Source: an uncultured Bacteroidota bacterium (GTDB taxonomy: Bacteria > Bacteroidota > Bacteroidia > Chitinophagales > Chitinophagaceae). Taken from it: 64,000 bases of DNA. Positions within the stretch are counted from its first letter, which is position 1, and each line of letters starts with the position of its first letter. Positions 1 through 8,938 of this stretch are shown here, piece after piece. The position numbers and the translations under genes were made by a program. The notes under the pieces are model-generated. The model was not told where the DNA came from and did no database searches. It saw only the letters and a program-made list of their open reading frames with translations. Location: positions 245-64,244 of the forward strand of contig CAIYTT010000014.1 in the NCBI GenBank assembly GCA_903929195.1, given 5' to 3'.

Positions 1-257
1 AATATATACACCTATGTAAAATAGTAGAAGTATTACATTTGCAAAAATTGGCTTATACTTGGGCTTTTATGGGATATGAGGGAAACACAATTGTTAGTTT
101 TGAACTTATTGAGCAGGGTGAACATACTATATTGAAATTTTCTCATAGTGGTATTGAAACATTCCCGGAAAGTAATCCGGATTTTGCATTTGCAAATTTC
201 AGAACAGGTTGGGAACATATTCTAAATAATTCCTTAAAAAAGTATTTAGAAGAATAA
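1..257 (+). CDS. SRPBCC/AHSA1-like domain protein, 3' part (gene starts upstream of the window)
   Basis: The frame is open from base 3 with no stop, so the TTG at 39 in the ORF track is not the true start. The C-terminal sequence 'LAYTWAF..GNTIVSFELIEQGEHTILKFSHSG..FP' is typical of Aha1/SRPBCC-fold proteins. Confidence 0.55.
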   Translation, partial: YIHLCKIVEVLHLQKLAYTWAFMGYEGNTIVSFELIEQGEHTILKFSHSGIETFPESNPDFAFANFRTGWEHILNNSLKKYLEE

Positions 258-347
258 ATTATATAGATAAAACTATTTTAGAATTTATAAAATTGTTACC
301 TTAGCTAAAGATTTTACAGGACTTATAAATAATGATAATATATTTTT

Positions 348-974
348 ATGCATATGAAAAAAATAATACAGTTTGCGTTTTTTATTGCATTGGGTAGTTT
401 TTTAATATTTTTTAGTTGTAATAAGAAAAAAGATAATCCTACTGTAAATAACAATAATAACAACAACAACAATAATAATAATGGCAATAACAGTGCTGAT
501 AGTTTACTGGCAGATAGTTTAAAAAGAACCTGTATAAATGTTTTTGTTGGCGTTGGTGATTCTTCAAATATCTATTTACCCACAGCATTTACACCCAATG
601 CCGATGGAATTAACGATGTATATAGAGTTATTGGGAAAGATTTAAATTTTAAAACTTTCCTTATGACTATTTATGATACAACAGGAAAAATGGTTTTTCA
701 ATCTCATGATGCCAATTATAACTGGGTAGGTAAGGATACTACAAGCGGCAAATTGGCAACCCAATATAAATTCTATGTAGAAGTAAATTACACAACACTT
801 GGCAATAAATCAGCAGGAGCAGGCACCTACTTATACCTTTTTGCTACTGATACAGCTTTAGGGTGCGTAAAACTAATTAAAGCAGATACATTAAAATATG
901 AGTTTAGTAATCAGTTCAACATCTCTACAGGTTTTAATGCAACAAACCCTAATTATGAAATTTTTTGCAATTAA
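348..974 (+). CDS. small secreted/lipoprotein with a T9SS type B (gliding motility-associated) C-terminal domain
   Basis: Signal/lipobox-like N-terminus (..LIFFSC). A poly-Asn linker follows. 'IYLPTAFTPNADGINDVYRV' is the signature start of the type B CTD. An alternative start lies at 354. Confidence 0.65.
   Translation: MHMKKIIQFAFFIALGSFLIFFSCNKKKDNPTVNNNNNNNNNNNNGNNSADSLLADSLKRTCINVFVGVGDSSNIYLPTAFTPNADGINDVYRVIGKDLNFKTFLMTIYDTTGKMVFQSHDANYNWVGKDTTSGKLATQYKFYVEVNYTTLGNKSAGAGTYLYLFATDTALGCVKLIKADTLKYEFSNQFNISTGFNATNPNYEIFCN
447..491 (+). repeat. AAT/AAC codon microsatellite encoding N12-G-N2
   Basis: Direct reading: aat aac aat aat aac aac aac aac aat aat aat aat ggc aat aac, in frame within the 348..974 CDS. 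Confidence 0.9.
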
Positions 975-1106
975 TAGTCCAGTTGATACATGTATGAAAT
1001 GTTTATGCACTAATAGGTTCTGTTCTAAATTTTAACAAGCAAACGATTGCTGTGTTAAAATAATCAAAATTCCTATTTATTACATCTTATTAAGCACTGC
1101 TAACAG

Positions 1107-1114
1107 TAAATTTG
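1107..1114 (+). promoter_or_regulatory. candidate Bacteroidota -7 box (TAAATTTG)
   Basis: Matches the TAnnTTTG consensus, 13 nt upstream of the ATG at 1128. Confidence 0.3.
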
Positions 1115-1127
1115 TATTTTAAACCGT

Positions 1128-2138
1128 ATGTTACGATTCCAACACATAGATTATTTGTATTTTCTGGGCATATTGCCGGTGCTGGTATTTTTATTTATTG
1201 GCACTATTTATTGGCGTAAAAAAAAGCTCCAAGTTTTGGGTAATCCTTTTTTAATTACAGAACAATTAAGAGGATATATACCCGGTAGAATTACCTTTAA
1301 GTTTATATTAATGGCAATTGCACTTACTATTGCTATAATAGGGCTTGCTAATTTACAAACCGGAGACAAAGCAGAAAAAGTACAGCGTAAAGGGGTAGAT
1401 GTTATTATTGCTCTTGATGTAAGCAAAAGTATGCTGGCTCAAGACATACAGCCCGACAGGCTTACAAGAGCCAAACAACTGATACAAAGGGTAATAGACA
1501 AAATGTCGAACGACAGAGTTGGGTTGATAGTTTTTGCAGGAAGACCTTATTTACATGTACCGCTAACAGTAGATTACAGCACGGTAAAAATGATTTTACC
1601 AAGCATAACACCGGATATTGTGCCATCGCAAGGTACCGTTTTTAGTGATGCAATAGATATGGCTATAAAATCTTTTTCGCAGAATGAGCGAAAATATAAG
1701 TCATTAATTATTATCTCTGACGGTGAGGACCACGATGAAAAAGCAATAGAGAAAACGCGTGAAGCAGCAGATGCAGGTATCATGGTGCATACCGTGGGTA
1801 TTGGTTCTCCACAGGGTGCAACTCTTTTCGACCCCGAAACAAAATCTCTTAAATTAGATGAAAACGGTAATACTGTAGTAAGTAAATTAAACGAAGAAGA
1901 ATTAAAGTCTATTGCAGCAGCAGGCAGGGGAACTTACCAATTATTACAAAATACAGATGAGGTAGCCACCAGACTCAATACTTCGTTAGAAAGTATGGAA
2001 CAAAAATCTTTAGGGTCGTTTGTTTTTACTGAGTTTACAAGTTATTTCCAATATTTTTTATTGCTCGCATTTATAATCTTAATAATAGAATGGCTTTTGC
2101 CAAATGCTCAACAAAATTCTAAAACATCTTTAAAATGA
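1128..2138 (+). CDS. VWA domain protein, BatA/BatB-like
   Basis: N-terminal TM helices. MIDAS-type motif 'DVIIALDVSKSM'. 'IIISDGEDH', 'VHTVGIGS' and a C-terminal TM helix complete the classic aerotolerance-operon VWA architecture. Confidence 0.75.
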   Translation: MLRFQHIDYLYFLGILPVLVFLFIGTIYWRKKKLQVLGNPFLITEQLRGYIPGRITFKFILMAIALTIAIIGLANLQTGDKAEKVQRKGVDVIIALDVSKSMLAQDIQPDRLTRAKQLIQRVIDKMSNDRVGLIVFAGRPYLHVPLTVDYSTVKMILPSITPDIVPSQGTVFSDAIDMAIKSFSQNERKYKSLIIISDGEDHDEKAIEKTREAADAGIMVHTVGIGSPQGATLFDPETKSLKLDENGNTVVSKLNEEELKSIAAAGRGTYQLLQNTDEVATRLNTSLESMEQKSLGSFVFTEFTSYFQYFLLLAFIILIIEWLLPNAQQNSKTSLK

Positions 2139-2878
2139 TTATGGGCAGATTAAACATAATAAATCAGGTTGGTTTTTTGCTGTTAATTTTGTGTTTTTGC
2201 AGCACTACGTTTGCACAATCTAACCGATTGATTACAGAAGGTAATAAACTATACGAACAACAAAAATATAAAGAAGCTGCAATAGACTATCAAAAAGCAT
2301 TGGTAAAAGACCCAACTAATACTTCAGGATTATTTAATTTCGGCAATGCTTTATATCAGCAAAAAAGTTACGATTCGTCTCGCAAAGTAATGGAGGCTAC
2401 CGAAAAAGTACTTCCTAATAAAGTAGGTAAAGCAGCAGCCAATTACAATATAGGCAACTCTTATATGTCTCAGCAAAAATGGGAGGATGCTGTAAAATCT
2501 TATAAGCAAACATTAAGAAATAATCCTAATGATGTTGATGCAAAGTATAATTTGAGTTATGCAGAGCAAATGTTGAAAAAAGACCAGCAGCAAAAAAAGG
2601 ATCAACAACAACAGCAAAAAGAAGATAAAAAGAAGGAAGACCAACAAAAGAAAGACGATAAAAAGGACGAAAAGAAAGATGATAAAAACAAAAACCAAGA
2701 CAATAAACCCGATAATAAAGATGGCAAAAACCCACAACAATCGCAGGGAGAGCCTGATAAAATGTCTCAACAGCAAGCTGAACAATTATTAAATGCACTA
2801 CAACAAGAAGAGAAAAAACTGCAAGACAAACTTAAAAAAGAAAAAGGTATAAATACGCGTAATCCTAAAGATTGGTAG
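2135..2878 (+). CDS. TPR repeat protein, BatC-like, with a K/D/Q/E-rich tail
   Basis: Signal peptide and TPR-like repeats ('GNKLYEQQKYKEAAIDYQKAL', 'GNALYQQKSY', 'GNSYMSQQKWEDAVKSYKQTL'). The start overlaps the upstream stop (ATGA at 2135-2138). Confidence 0.65.
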   Translation: MIMGRLNIINQVGFLLLILCFCSTTFAQSNRLITEGNKLYEQQKYKEAAIDYQKALVKDPTNTSGLFNFGNALYQQKSYDSSRKVMEATEKVLPNKVGKAAANYNIGNSYMSQQKWEDAVKSYKQTLRNNPNDVDAKYNLSYAEQMLKKDQQQKKDQQQQQKEDKKKEDQQKKDDKKDEKKDDKNKNQDNKPDNKDGKNPQQSQGEPDKMSQQQAEQLLNALQQEEKKLQDKLKKEKGINTRNPKDW

Positions 2879-2910
2879 TAAAGATGAGTTTTTGTAGTTT
2901 TTTTTATGCC

Positions 2911-3810
2911 TTATTTACCCACTAAACGAATTTTTCTGTTTATAAAATAGACTGCCAATATGCCTAATACACCCCCAATTGCGGTGTTTAATAATAACTT
3001 TTCTCCTAAAAATAACCAAGAAGATATAGCTGCGGCAAAGGGTACTAAAAATAAAAAACTGCTTGCTTTTTCGGCACCTAATTTTGTGGTTGTGAAAAAA
3101 TAAACGGTAGTTGCCAATGTAGTTACAATTGCAGAACTGAAAAATAGATTTAGCCAAAATATTGTATCCTTAATTTTTACTACTTCTCCAAATTCTCTAA
3201 AATCTACCAATGGCAATAAGCATAGAAGTGTAACAAGGTATTGCCAAAAGCTAAAAACAAATGAAGACCCATATTTGCTGGCGCCTGATGTAAATTTACT
3301 CATTAATGCCCATGTAAATGAAGCAAAGAGGAAATAGATATTTCCACCATCTAATATAGAATACGACTTGCTGTTGCTATATAAAAGTATTACACCTGCT
3401 AATATTCCTAATAATAGACCTATTACTTCGTTTCGTAATGGTAATCTTTTACTTATAATAATACCGATTATATATGCCATAATTGGGTTCAATGTGGTAA
3501 CTAATACCCCACCGGCACCGGCAGCACCTTTCTTTAAGCCCATAAAGAACAAAAAACTATACACTGCTAACAATATACCGGATATAAGAATAGAAGGTGC
3601 AGCACCTTTTTTAATACTTATTCCTGTTTTCATAAATAACAATATGGGTAATAGGGTTGCAACAACAATTATATATCTGTACGCAGCAAAATTAATTGGC
3701 GAACAAAACTGTGTCAGTATTTTTCCGGACGGCCAGCTAAGCCCCCATAGAAACATGCTTATACACATACCTATAACTAATACATTGCCGGAAATTTGTT
3801 TTTGTTTCAT
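2911..3810 (-). CDS. EamA/DMT family transporter
   Basis: About 10 hydrophobic helices in a two-fold repeated arrangement, 299 aa, with the typical EamA layout. Confidence 0.7.
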   Translation of the reverse strand: MKQKQISGNVLVIGMCISMFLWGLSWPSGKILTQFCSPINFAAYRYIIVVATLLPILLFMKTGISIKKGAAPSILISGILLAVYSFLFFMGLKKGAAGAGGVLVTTLNPIMAYIIGIIISKRLPLRNEVIGLLLGILAGVILLYSNSKSYSILDGGNIYFLFASFTWALMSKFTSGASKYGSSFVFSFWQYLVTLLCLLPLVDFREFGEVVKIKDTIFWLNLFFSSAIVTTLATTVYFFTTTKLGAEKASSFLFLVPFAAAISSWLFLGEKLLLNTAIGGVLGILAVYFINRKIRLVGK

Positions 3811-4003
3811 TTATTCGTGTATTGGTCGCAAGGTAAAGATTCACTTTTTAAAATGCTATAAATTCTATCTACTACCTCTAAAAGCAAATTGAATGAAGGT
3901 AAAAATAGTATTTGGTGTAGTTAAATATTTAATGTATTTGCAATTGTAATATATAGAATTACTTTGTAAAAATAGTACCTTCGGGCTAAAATTAATAGAA
4001 TAT

Positions 4004-4588
4004 ATGAAAATAGATGCAATATTAGCAAAAAGAAGTGAAGGTAAGTGTGAAATATGTGAAGCAGAAACTACATTGAAATTGTATGAAGTAGGACCGCAGA
4101 CCTATTTTAATGAGGATAATACAATAATGATATGCGATAAATGTGCTATGCAAATAGATAAGAAAGAAGAGCTTGATGCGAAACATTGGGCATGCTTAAC
4201 GAAAAGCATGTGGAGTGAAATACCGGGTATACAGGTTGTTAGCTGGCGAATGCTCAATAGATTAAAAAACGAGAGTTGGGCAATGGAGAATTTAGATATG
4301 TTGTATCTTGATGATGAAAAATTGGAATGGGCTAAAGCAACCGGAGACCACGAAAACGATAGTGCGGTAGATTTGCACAAAGATTGCAATGGTGCTGTTT
4401 TGCAAACAGGCGATACAATTGTACTTACTAAGTCTTTGGACGTAAAAGGTTCTACCTTAAATGCTAAAATGGGTACTGTTGTTAAAAATATTAAACTAGT
4501 AGATGACAATACAGAACAAATTGAAGGTAAAATAGAAGGACAAATAATTGTTATTTTAACTAAATATGTAAGGAAGCAAGGTAGTTAG
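4004..4588 (+). CDS. phnA: PhnA-family zinc-ribbon protein
   Basis: N-terminal CxxC...CxxC ('CEICEA...ICDKC'). The C-terminal PhnA domain reads 'GDTIVLTKSLDVKGS...GTVVKNIKLV'. Confidence 0.75.
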   Translation: MKIDAILAKRSEGKCEICEAETTLKLYEVGPQTYFNEDNTIMICDKCAMQIDKKEELDAKHWACLTKSMWSEIPGIQVVSWRMLNRLKNESWAMENLDMLYLDDEKLEWAKATGDHENDSAVDLHKDCNGAVLQTGDTIVLTKSLDVKGSTLNAKMGTVVKNIKLVDDNTEQIEGKIEGQIIVILTKYVRKQGS

Positions 4589-4651
4589 TGGTTTTAGCAA
4601 TAGAGCGTGTAATACTATTTAGACATTAAATAGGGCATGTAATCTCTGATG

Positions 4652-4680
4652 GCTGACATAGGGCATCACCCTATGTCAGC
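4652..4680. terminator. bidirectional hairpin terminator between convergent phnA and the L,D-transpeptidase gene
   Basis: 12-bp perfect stem GCTGACATAGGG / CCCTATGTCAGC with a 5-nt loop. T-rich after the stem on the + strand. Confidence 0.65.
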
Positions 4681-4683
4681 TTA

Positions 4684-6432
4684 TTATTGGGCTTTTGCTA
4701 AGGTATCTGTTTTGCCGTTAAGCATAGAAATAAGTTGTTCGTCGTGATGATAAACATCGTTTAACAGTCTTATATGCGAACCTGTAGAATCTTCAAATGC
4801 CGTTAAATAGGTTATTGTTACGGGTATTTTAGTACTTAGACTTACAGATTCCGTTTTGTGCGTTTTTATTTTAGCACTCAGTTTTGTTTGGTCAAAGTTT
4901 TTTTTCTCAAGTACCGATAAAATGTAAATTGCCATTTCTTGTGGTTTTTGCACCCTTATGCAACCGGAGCTTAAAGCTCTGAACCATTTCACAAAATCAC
5001 CTCTGTGCGGTGTATCATGTAAATAAATATCCCATGGGTTTTTTAAATTAAACTTTACAACACCCAATGCATTACTAGTTCCGGGTTCTTGCCTGTAGGT
5101 ATATCTTCTGTAGTTTCGGGCTGTAATAGTTGTAGCATCAACTACTTTACCTTTTTTATCATACGCTTTTAGTCCTTTTTTTGCAAGATATTTTTTACCA
5201 CTTTTTTTTAATCCCGGTAATACATCATTTTTAAGAATAGTAGGCGGTACACCCCAAGGTGGGTTAATAACAATATTACTCATTGTGGCATTAATTGCCG
5301 GTGTGGGTCTATCCGGTTTGCCCACAACAACGCGCATGTGCAACGAGTCATTATTATTTATTCTTAAAAATAGTTCCATTAGCGGTATATCAACTAATAG
5401 ATATAAGTTTCCAAAATCTTTTTGCATCCAACGGATTCTTTCCATGTTAGCTGCTAAAATATCTAAAATTTCATCAGGTTGCAGCGATAAGGCATAAAGT
5501 GTGTTTTTATCAATAATTCCAGTTGGTTTTATGCCCATAAAATATTGATAGTTAGCAATTTGTTGTTCTTTTTCGCTAAAAACAGGTTGTTTTCCGGTAG
5601 TATCAAATACATGATTGTCTTCGGCACTGTACCAAGGTATTTCCACATCCATAATATTCAAAATGATACTTGCCAATTCGCTATCTATTATTATTTCGCC
5701 TTTTATGGAATCTAAATCAGGTATCCTTTTTATGTTATTATGTAAATCGGTATCACTTGTAAGAAAGGAAATTCGTTCGTATTCTTTTCTTAGTAATTGG
5801 TAGGTTGGTAAAGAGCTTCTAAAATTATTTATAGAAATAAATTCTGTATCCATTTTAGATAATAGTTCAGGTGCATTCCAAGTAGAATCATTTACAGTAA
5901 ACCAGATGTGGTCTGCCATTTTTGGTATAATTGTACCAATTAATAAATCGTGAGCCAATGCCAAATAACTTTTAGTAATTGCAGTATCAAACATTAAGCC
6001 GGCGGTTACATTAAAATGCCTGTTATTGCTATCTAATAAAGAATAGGTATCAAAGGTTTTTTTAAGCAATGAATAATTATATTTTTCAGGGTCTAAGCCG
6101 TCATATTCAGATTCTTTAAGTTCTATTAAGAATTTTTCAACAGATTTAGTAGGTTTATTTTCCTTATTTATCCAAAGGGGTTTGTAATTATGTTTACGAT
6201 ATACATACTGAATACTTTTATCTATAGGAAGTATTTTATCAGTAATTGTCGTATCTACCGGCAGATAGATTCCTTTTAGTTTTAATGCAAACTCTTTTTC
6301 AATAGGCTTTTCGTTATAAGATTTGCTTTTGTTTGGTGTTTCCGGGTCGCAAGCATGTAGGGTAAAAAGAACAACCAGCACCGATAAAATATAGGTGAAT
6401 TTATTTAATTTTTTCTTGTTTTCAGGGTGCAT
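4684..6432 (-). CDS. L,D-transpeptidase (YkuD/YcbB-like)
   Basis: Catalytic motif 'HDTPHRGDF...LSSGCIRV'. I place the start at M28 (ATG at 6432, 'MHPENKKKLNKFTYILSVLVVLFTLHAC'), which gives a signal/lipobox. The 5' extension to 6513 overlaps the upstream gene. Confidence 0.8.
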   Translation of the reverse strand: MHPENKKKLNKFTYILSVLVVLFTLHACDPETPNKSKSYNEKPIEKEFALKLKGIYLPVDTTITDKILPIDKSIQYVYRKHNYKPLWINKENKPTKSVEKFLIELKESEYDGLDPEKYNYSLLKKTFDTYSLLDSNNRHFNVTAGLMFDTAITKSYLALAHDLLIGTIIPKMADHIWFTVNDSTWNAPELLSKMDTEFISINNFRSSLPTYQLLRKEYERISFLTSDTDLHNNIKRIPDLDSIKGEIIIDSELASIILNIMDVEIPWYSAEDNHVFDTTGKQPVFSEKEQQIANYQYFMGIKPTGIIDKNTLYALSLQPDEILDILAANMERIRWMQKDFGNLYLLVDIPLMELFLRINNNDSLHMRVVVGKPDRPTPAINATMSNIVINPPWGVPPTILKNDVLPGLKKSGKKYLAKKGLKAYDKKGKVVDATTITARNYRRYTYRQEPGTSNALGVVKFNLKNPWDIYLHDTPHRGDFVKWFRALSSGCIRVQKPQEMAIYILSVLEKKNFDQTKLSAKIKTHKTESVSLSTKIPVTITYLTAFEDSTGSHIRLLNDVYHHDEQLISMLNGKTDTLAKAQ

Positions 6433-6488
6433 AATTGTTGTTTGTAAAAATGTAGTTGAGTAATTATTTTCAAAGTGTTTATAGGAAA

Positions 6489-6833
6489 TTATAATTCTAA
6501 AAGCGGATTCCAAAATAATTGAGAAAAATTTATAATTTTATCATTTTCTACCAATATGCCTTCTTTTTTTAATAATTCTTCCATTAATTCGGGTGGCGAA
6601 AAGTGGTGCTTGCCTGTAAGTGTGCCAGTTCTGTTTACAACTCTGTGTGCCGGTACTAAAGGTACAACATTATGACATAAGTTCATGGCATAACCTACAA
6701 CTCTTGCTCCCGACTTAGCACCTATAGCTGCTGCTATTGCACCATAGCTTGTTACACGACCGTAAGGTATGCAACGCACAATATCGTATATAGCATCATA
6801 AATACTTGCTTTATCTTTCATTGTCAGTATCAT
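6489..6833 (-). CDS. alkyltransferase-like (ATL) protein, MGMT family, lacking the acceptor cysteine
   Basis: 'IPYGRVTSYGAIAAAIG...ARVVGYAM' plus 'PAHRVVNRTG'. The PCHRV active-site Cys is replaced by Ala. An alternative start lies at 6821. Confidence 0.7.
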   Translation of the reverse strand: MILTMKDKASIYDAIYDIVRCIPYGRVTSYGAIAAAIGAKSGARVVGYAMNLCHNVVPLVPAHRVVNRTGTLTGKHHFSPPELMEELLKKEGILVENDKIINFSQLFWNPLLEL

Positions 6834-7005
6834 TTATGTTGCGTTTTGCCAGTAATATCCTTTTTTGAGGTTCGGGAACATTTATATAATTATATGGGCA
6901 ATTTAAACAGCCATTACCACAACAATACCCTCTATTTAATAAATAATGGGCAGTGAAAACCAATAAACCATTTGGTAAAATTGTATAATCTTTATTCTCC
7001 GTCAA
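6811..7005 (-). CDS. small cysteine-rich protein (DUF5522-like)
   Basis: 64 aa with 'RGYCCGNGCLNCPY'. It overlaps both neighbours, which suggests translational coupling. Confidence 0.5.
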   Translation of the reverse strand: MTENKDYTILPNGLLVFTAHYLLNRGYCCGNGCLNCPYNYINVPEPQKRILLAKRNINDTDNER

Positions 7006-7693
7006 GTAAATCTATTTTATCTGCAAATCTACCTGTCAAAGTTATAGTATTTGCAGGTAAAGAAAAAGATAAGAAATAAATAATGCGACCGTCCTCAAGA
7101 TGCATTTTTTCGTAAAATGTTTGTATTGCCAATGCACCTAATGCTTTATTTTGACCGTAAACATCTGCAATATTTTCATGTAGTATGCAGCCGGTTTCAG
7201 CAATTGTTTCTAAAGTAAATTCGTATAATTCTTTCGAGTCTGTTTTAAGGTTTATCAGCCCGTTTGCTTGCATAATTTGTTGATAGGCATTTAAATATCG
7301 AGGATGGGTAAGTCTGTTTTTTTCTTTTCCTTTTTTTAGAAACGGGTCCGGAAAAATTATCCAAATTTCTTTTACCTCATTAGGTTCAAAATAATTAGTA
7401 ATTTGGCTTATGTGAATTCGTAAGAAGGCAACATTTAATAAGTTTTCTTCAATAGCAGCTTTTGCACCTGTATAAATACGATTTCCTTTTATATCTACAC
7501 CTATATAATTGATTTCTTTATTTTGTCTGCCTAAATTTACACTATATTCTCCTTTGCCGCAAGCTAATTCTAAAGTTATAGGGTTTTTATTTTTAAAAAA
7601 AGTATTCCATTTGCCTTTTATGTCTTCCGGATATTGTAATACATTTTTATAAGTATCTATTGCTTGAAATTTTATTAGTTTTTTATGTCCCAT
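6992..7693 (-). CDS. trmB: tRNA (guanine-N7)-methyltransferase
   Basis: 'ELACGKGEYSV', 'GVDIKG', 'IWIIFPDPFLKK..NRL' are TrmB SAM-methyltransferase motifs. The start is taken at M18 (ATG at 7693). Confidence 0.85.
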   Translation of the reverse strand: MGHKKLIKFQAIDTYKNVLQYPEDIKGKWNTFFKNKNPITLELACGKGEYSVNLGRQNKEINYIGVDIKGNRIYTGAKAAIEENLLNVAFLRIHISQITNYFEPNEVKEIWIIFPDPFLKKGKEKNRLTHPRYLNAYQQIMQANGLINLKTDSKELYEFTLETIAETGCILHENIADVYGQNKALGALAIQTFYEKMHLEDGRIIYFLSFSLPANTITLTGRFADKIDLLDGE

Positions 7694-7856
7694 AATATTC
7701 TGCAAAGATATTAAGAAGTCTATAGTAATCAATGACTTATACAATAAATATGTTTTTTGTTTGCGTGTATATACATGTTAATTGAGGAAATGAAAACATA
7801 ACTTAATGATAATCAATACTTTTATTTACAATTATTGGAAATTTCTAAACTTTCTT

Positions 7857-7864
7857 TATCTTTG
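7857..7864 (+). promoter_or_regulatory. candidate -7 box (TATCTTTG) with TTG at 7834-7836
   Basis: Matches TAnnTTTG about 40 nt upstream of the ATG at 7904. An upstream TTG lies at -33-like spacing. Confidence 0.3.
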
Positions 7865-7903
7865 GGGCGACATAAAAAAAATTAAAACTAAAAAAATTAG
7901 AAA

Positions 7904-8824
7904 ATGAAAAAAAGAATTTTACTTTTCACTTTAGCTGCCGGTATGGGCGGTTTGGTATTAATGAGTAATTCACACGGACCTGCCGGTAATGGCTATAGCT
8001 GCACGGGTGCAGAAACAGATAATGGTAACCCTGCCGGTTGCAGTGCTACCGGTTCAAGTTGCCATGGTTCTGCTGCCACTACAGGCATTACAGTTGCAAT
8101 AGAATTAGACTCAGCCGGCGTACCTACAACACATTACAAAGGCGGTATGACCTATACCGTAAAATTAACCGGTACAAATACCACAAGTAATACCTTACCA
8201 AAATTCGGCTTTCAAATTGCATCTATGTTAGGTACTGCTGCTACAGCTACCCCAACTAACGAGGGTACTTGGTCAACCACATTACCTACAGGTACACACG
8301 AGGTTATGGCATCATCTTCAGGTGGTTCCTTTTTGTTAAATATTGTAGAACAAGCAAGCAGCCAGTTAGCAACTACACTTAGTGGTGCAACAGGTGCTAC
8401 TTATGTTGAATCATTTACTTGGACTGCCCCATCTACCGGTACCGGTACTATTTCTTTTTGGGCAGCGGTAAATGCTGTAAATGCAAATACGAATGCTGAC
8501 GCAGGTGATTTATGGAATACCAACCATGTTACCATTAATGAGTGGGTACATACTGCCAGTGTAAATGAAATAAATAATGAATTTACTATAAGTGCTTTCC
8601 CTAACCCTACAGTAAATACATTAAATATCAATGTAAATAATGTAGGTAATTACGCTGTTGAAGTTTATGACATTAATGGCAGAATTATAGCTACAGAAAA
8701 TATGGAAGTTAGCACCATCAATAGTGTTAAAACCTTAAATACATCAAACTGGATGCCCGGTATGTATCAAGTGGTTATAAGTAAAGATGGAGCATATAAA
8801 GTAGTTTCTGTTGCAAAACAATAA
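7904..8824 (+). CDS. secreted protein of unknown function with a T9SS type A C-terminal sorting domain (paralog 1)
   Basis: Signal peptide. Cys/His motif 'CTGAETDNGNPAGCSATGSSCHGS'. 'PKFGFQIAS' and 'ISFWAAVNAVN' follow. The CTD reads 'ISAFPNPTVNTLNI...GMYQVVISKDG'. Confidence 0.6.
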   Translation: MKKRILLFTLAAGMGGLVLMSNSHGPAGNGYSCTGAETDNGNPAGCSATGSSCHGSAATTGITVAIELDSAGVPTTHYKGGMTYTVKLTGTNTTSNTLPKFGFQIASMLGTAATATPTNEGTWSTTLPTGTHEVMASSSGGSFLLNIVEQASSQLATTLSGATGATYVESFTWTAPSTGTGTISFWAAVNAVNANTNADAGDLWNTNHVTINEWVHTASVNEINNEFTISAFPNPTVNTLNINVNNVGNYAVEVYDINGRIIATENMEVSTINSVKTLNTSNWMPGMYQVVISKDGAYKVVSVAKQ

Positions 8825-8850
8825 TTTATTAATAAATTAAATTAGCTAAT

Positions 8851-8883
8851 CAATAAGCCTCGAAATATTTTCGAGGCTTATTG
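8851..8883 (+). terminator. rho-independent terminator
   Basis: 15-bp perfect stem CAATAAGCCTCGAAA / TTTCGAGGCTTATTG with a 3-nt loop, 27 nt after the stop. Confidence 0.7.
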
Positions 8884-8938
8884 ATTATAAAAAACATACA
8901 AAATAATATTATTCAAATATTTATATCAATTTAACAAG

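Noticed and set aside
3368-3892. 174-aa plus-strand ORF antisense to the EamA transporter gene
   Set aside because: The minus-strand product has a coherent 10-TM DMT architecture. The antisense ORF is hydrophobic only because it mirrors that gene.
6433-6513. 5' extension of the L,D-transpeptidase ORF; likewise 7694-7744 for trmB and 53969-54067 for the M1 peptidase
   Set aside because: The extensions overlap or crowd upstream genes and add non-signal-like residues. The internal Met codons give canonical N-termini (a signal peptide or a conserved start).
7990-8060. Heme c attachment (CXXCH) in the tandem T9SS paralogs
   Set aside because: The Cys spacing is CX6CH in one paralog and CXCH in the other, and neither is CXXCH. 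A disulfide plus a conserved His is more likely.
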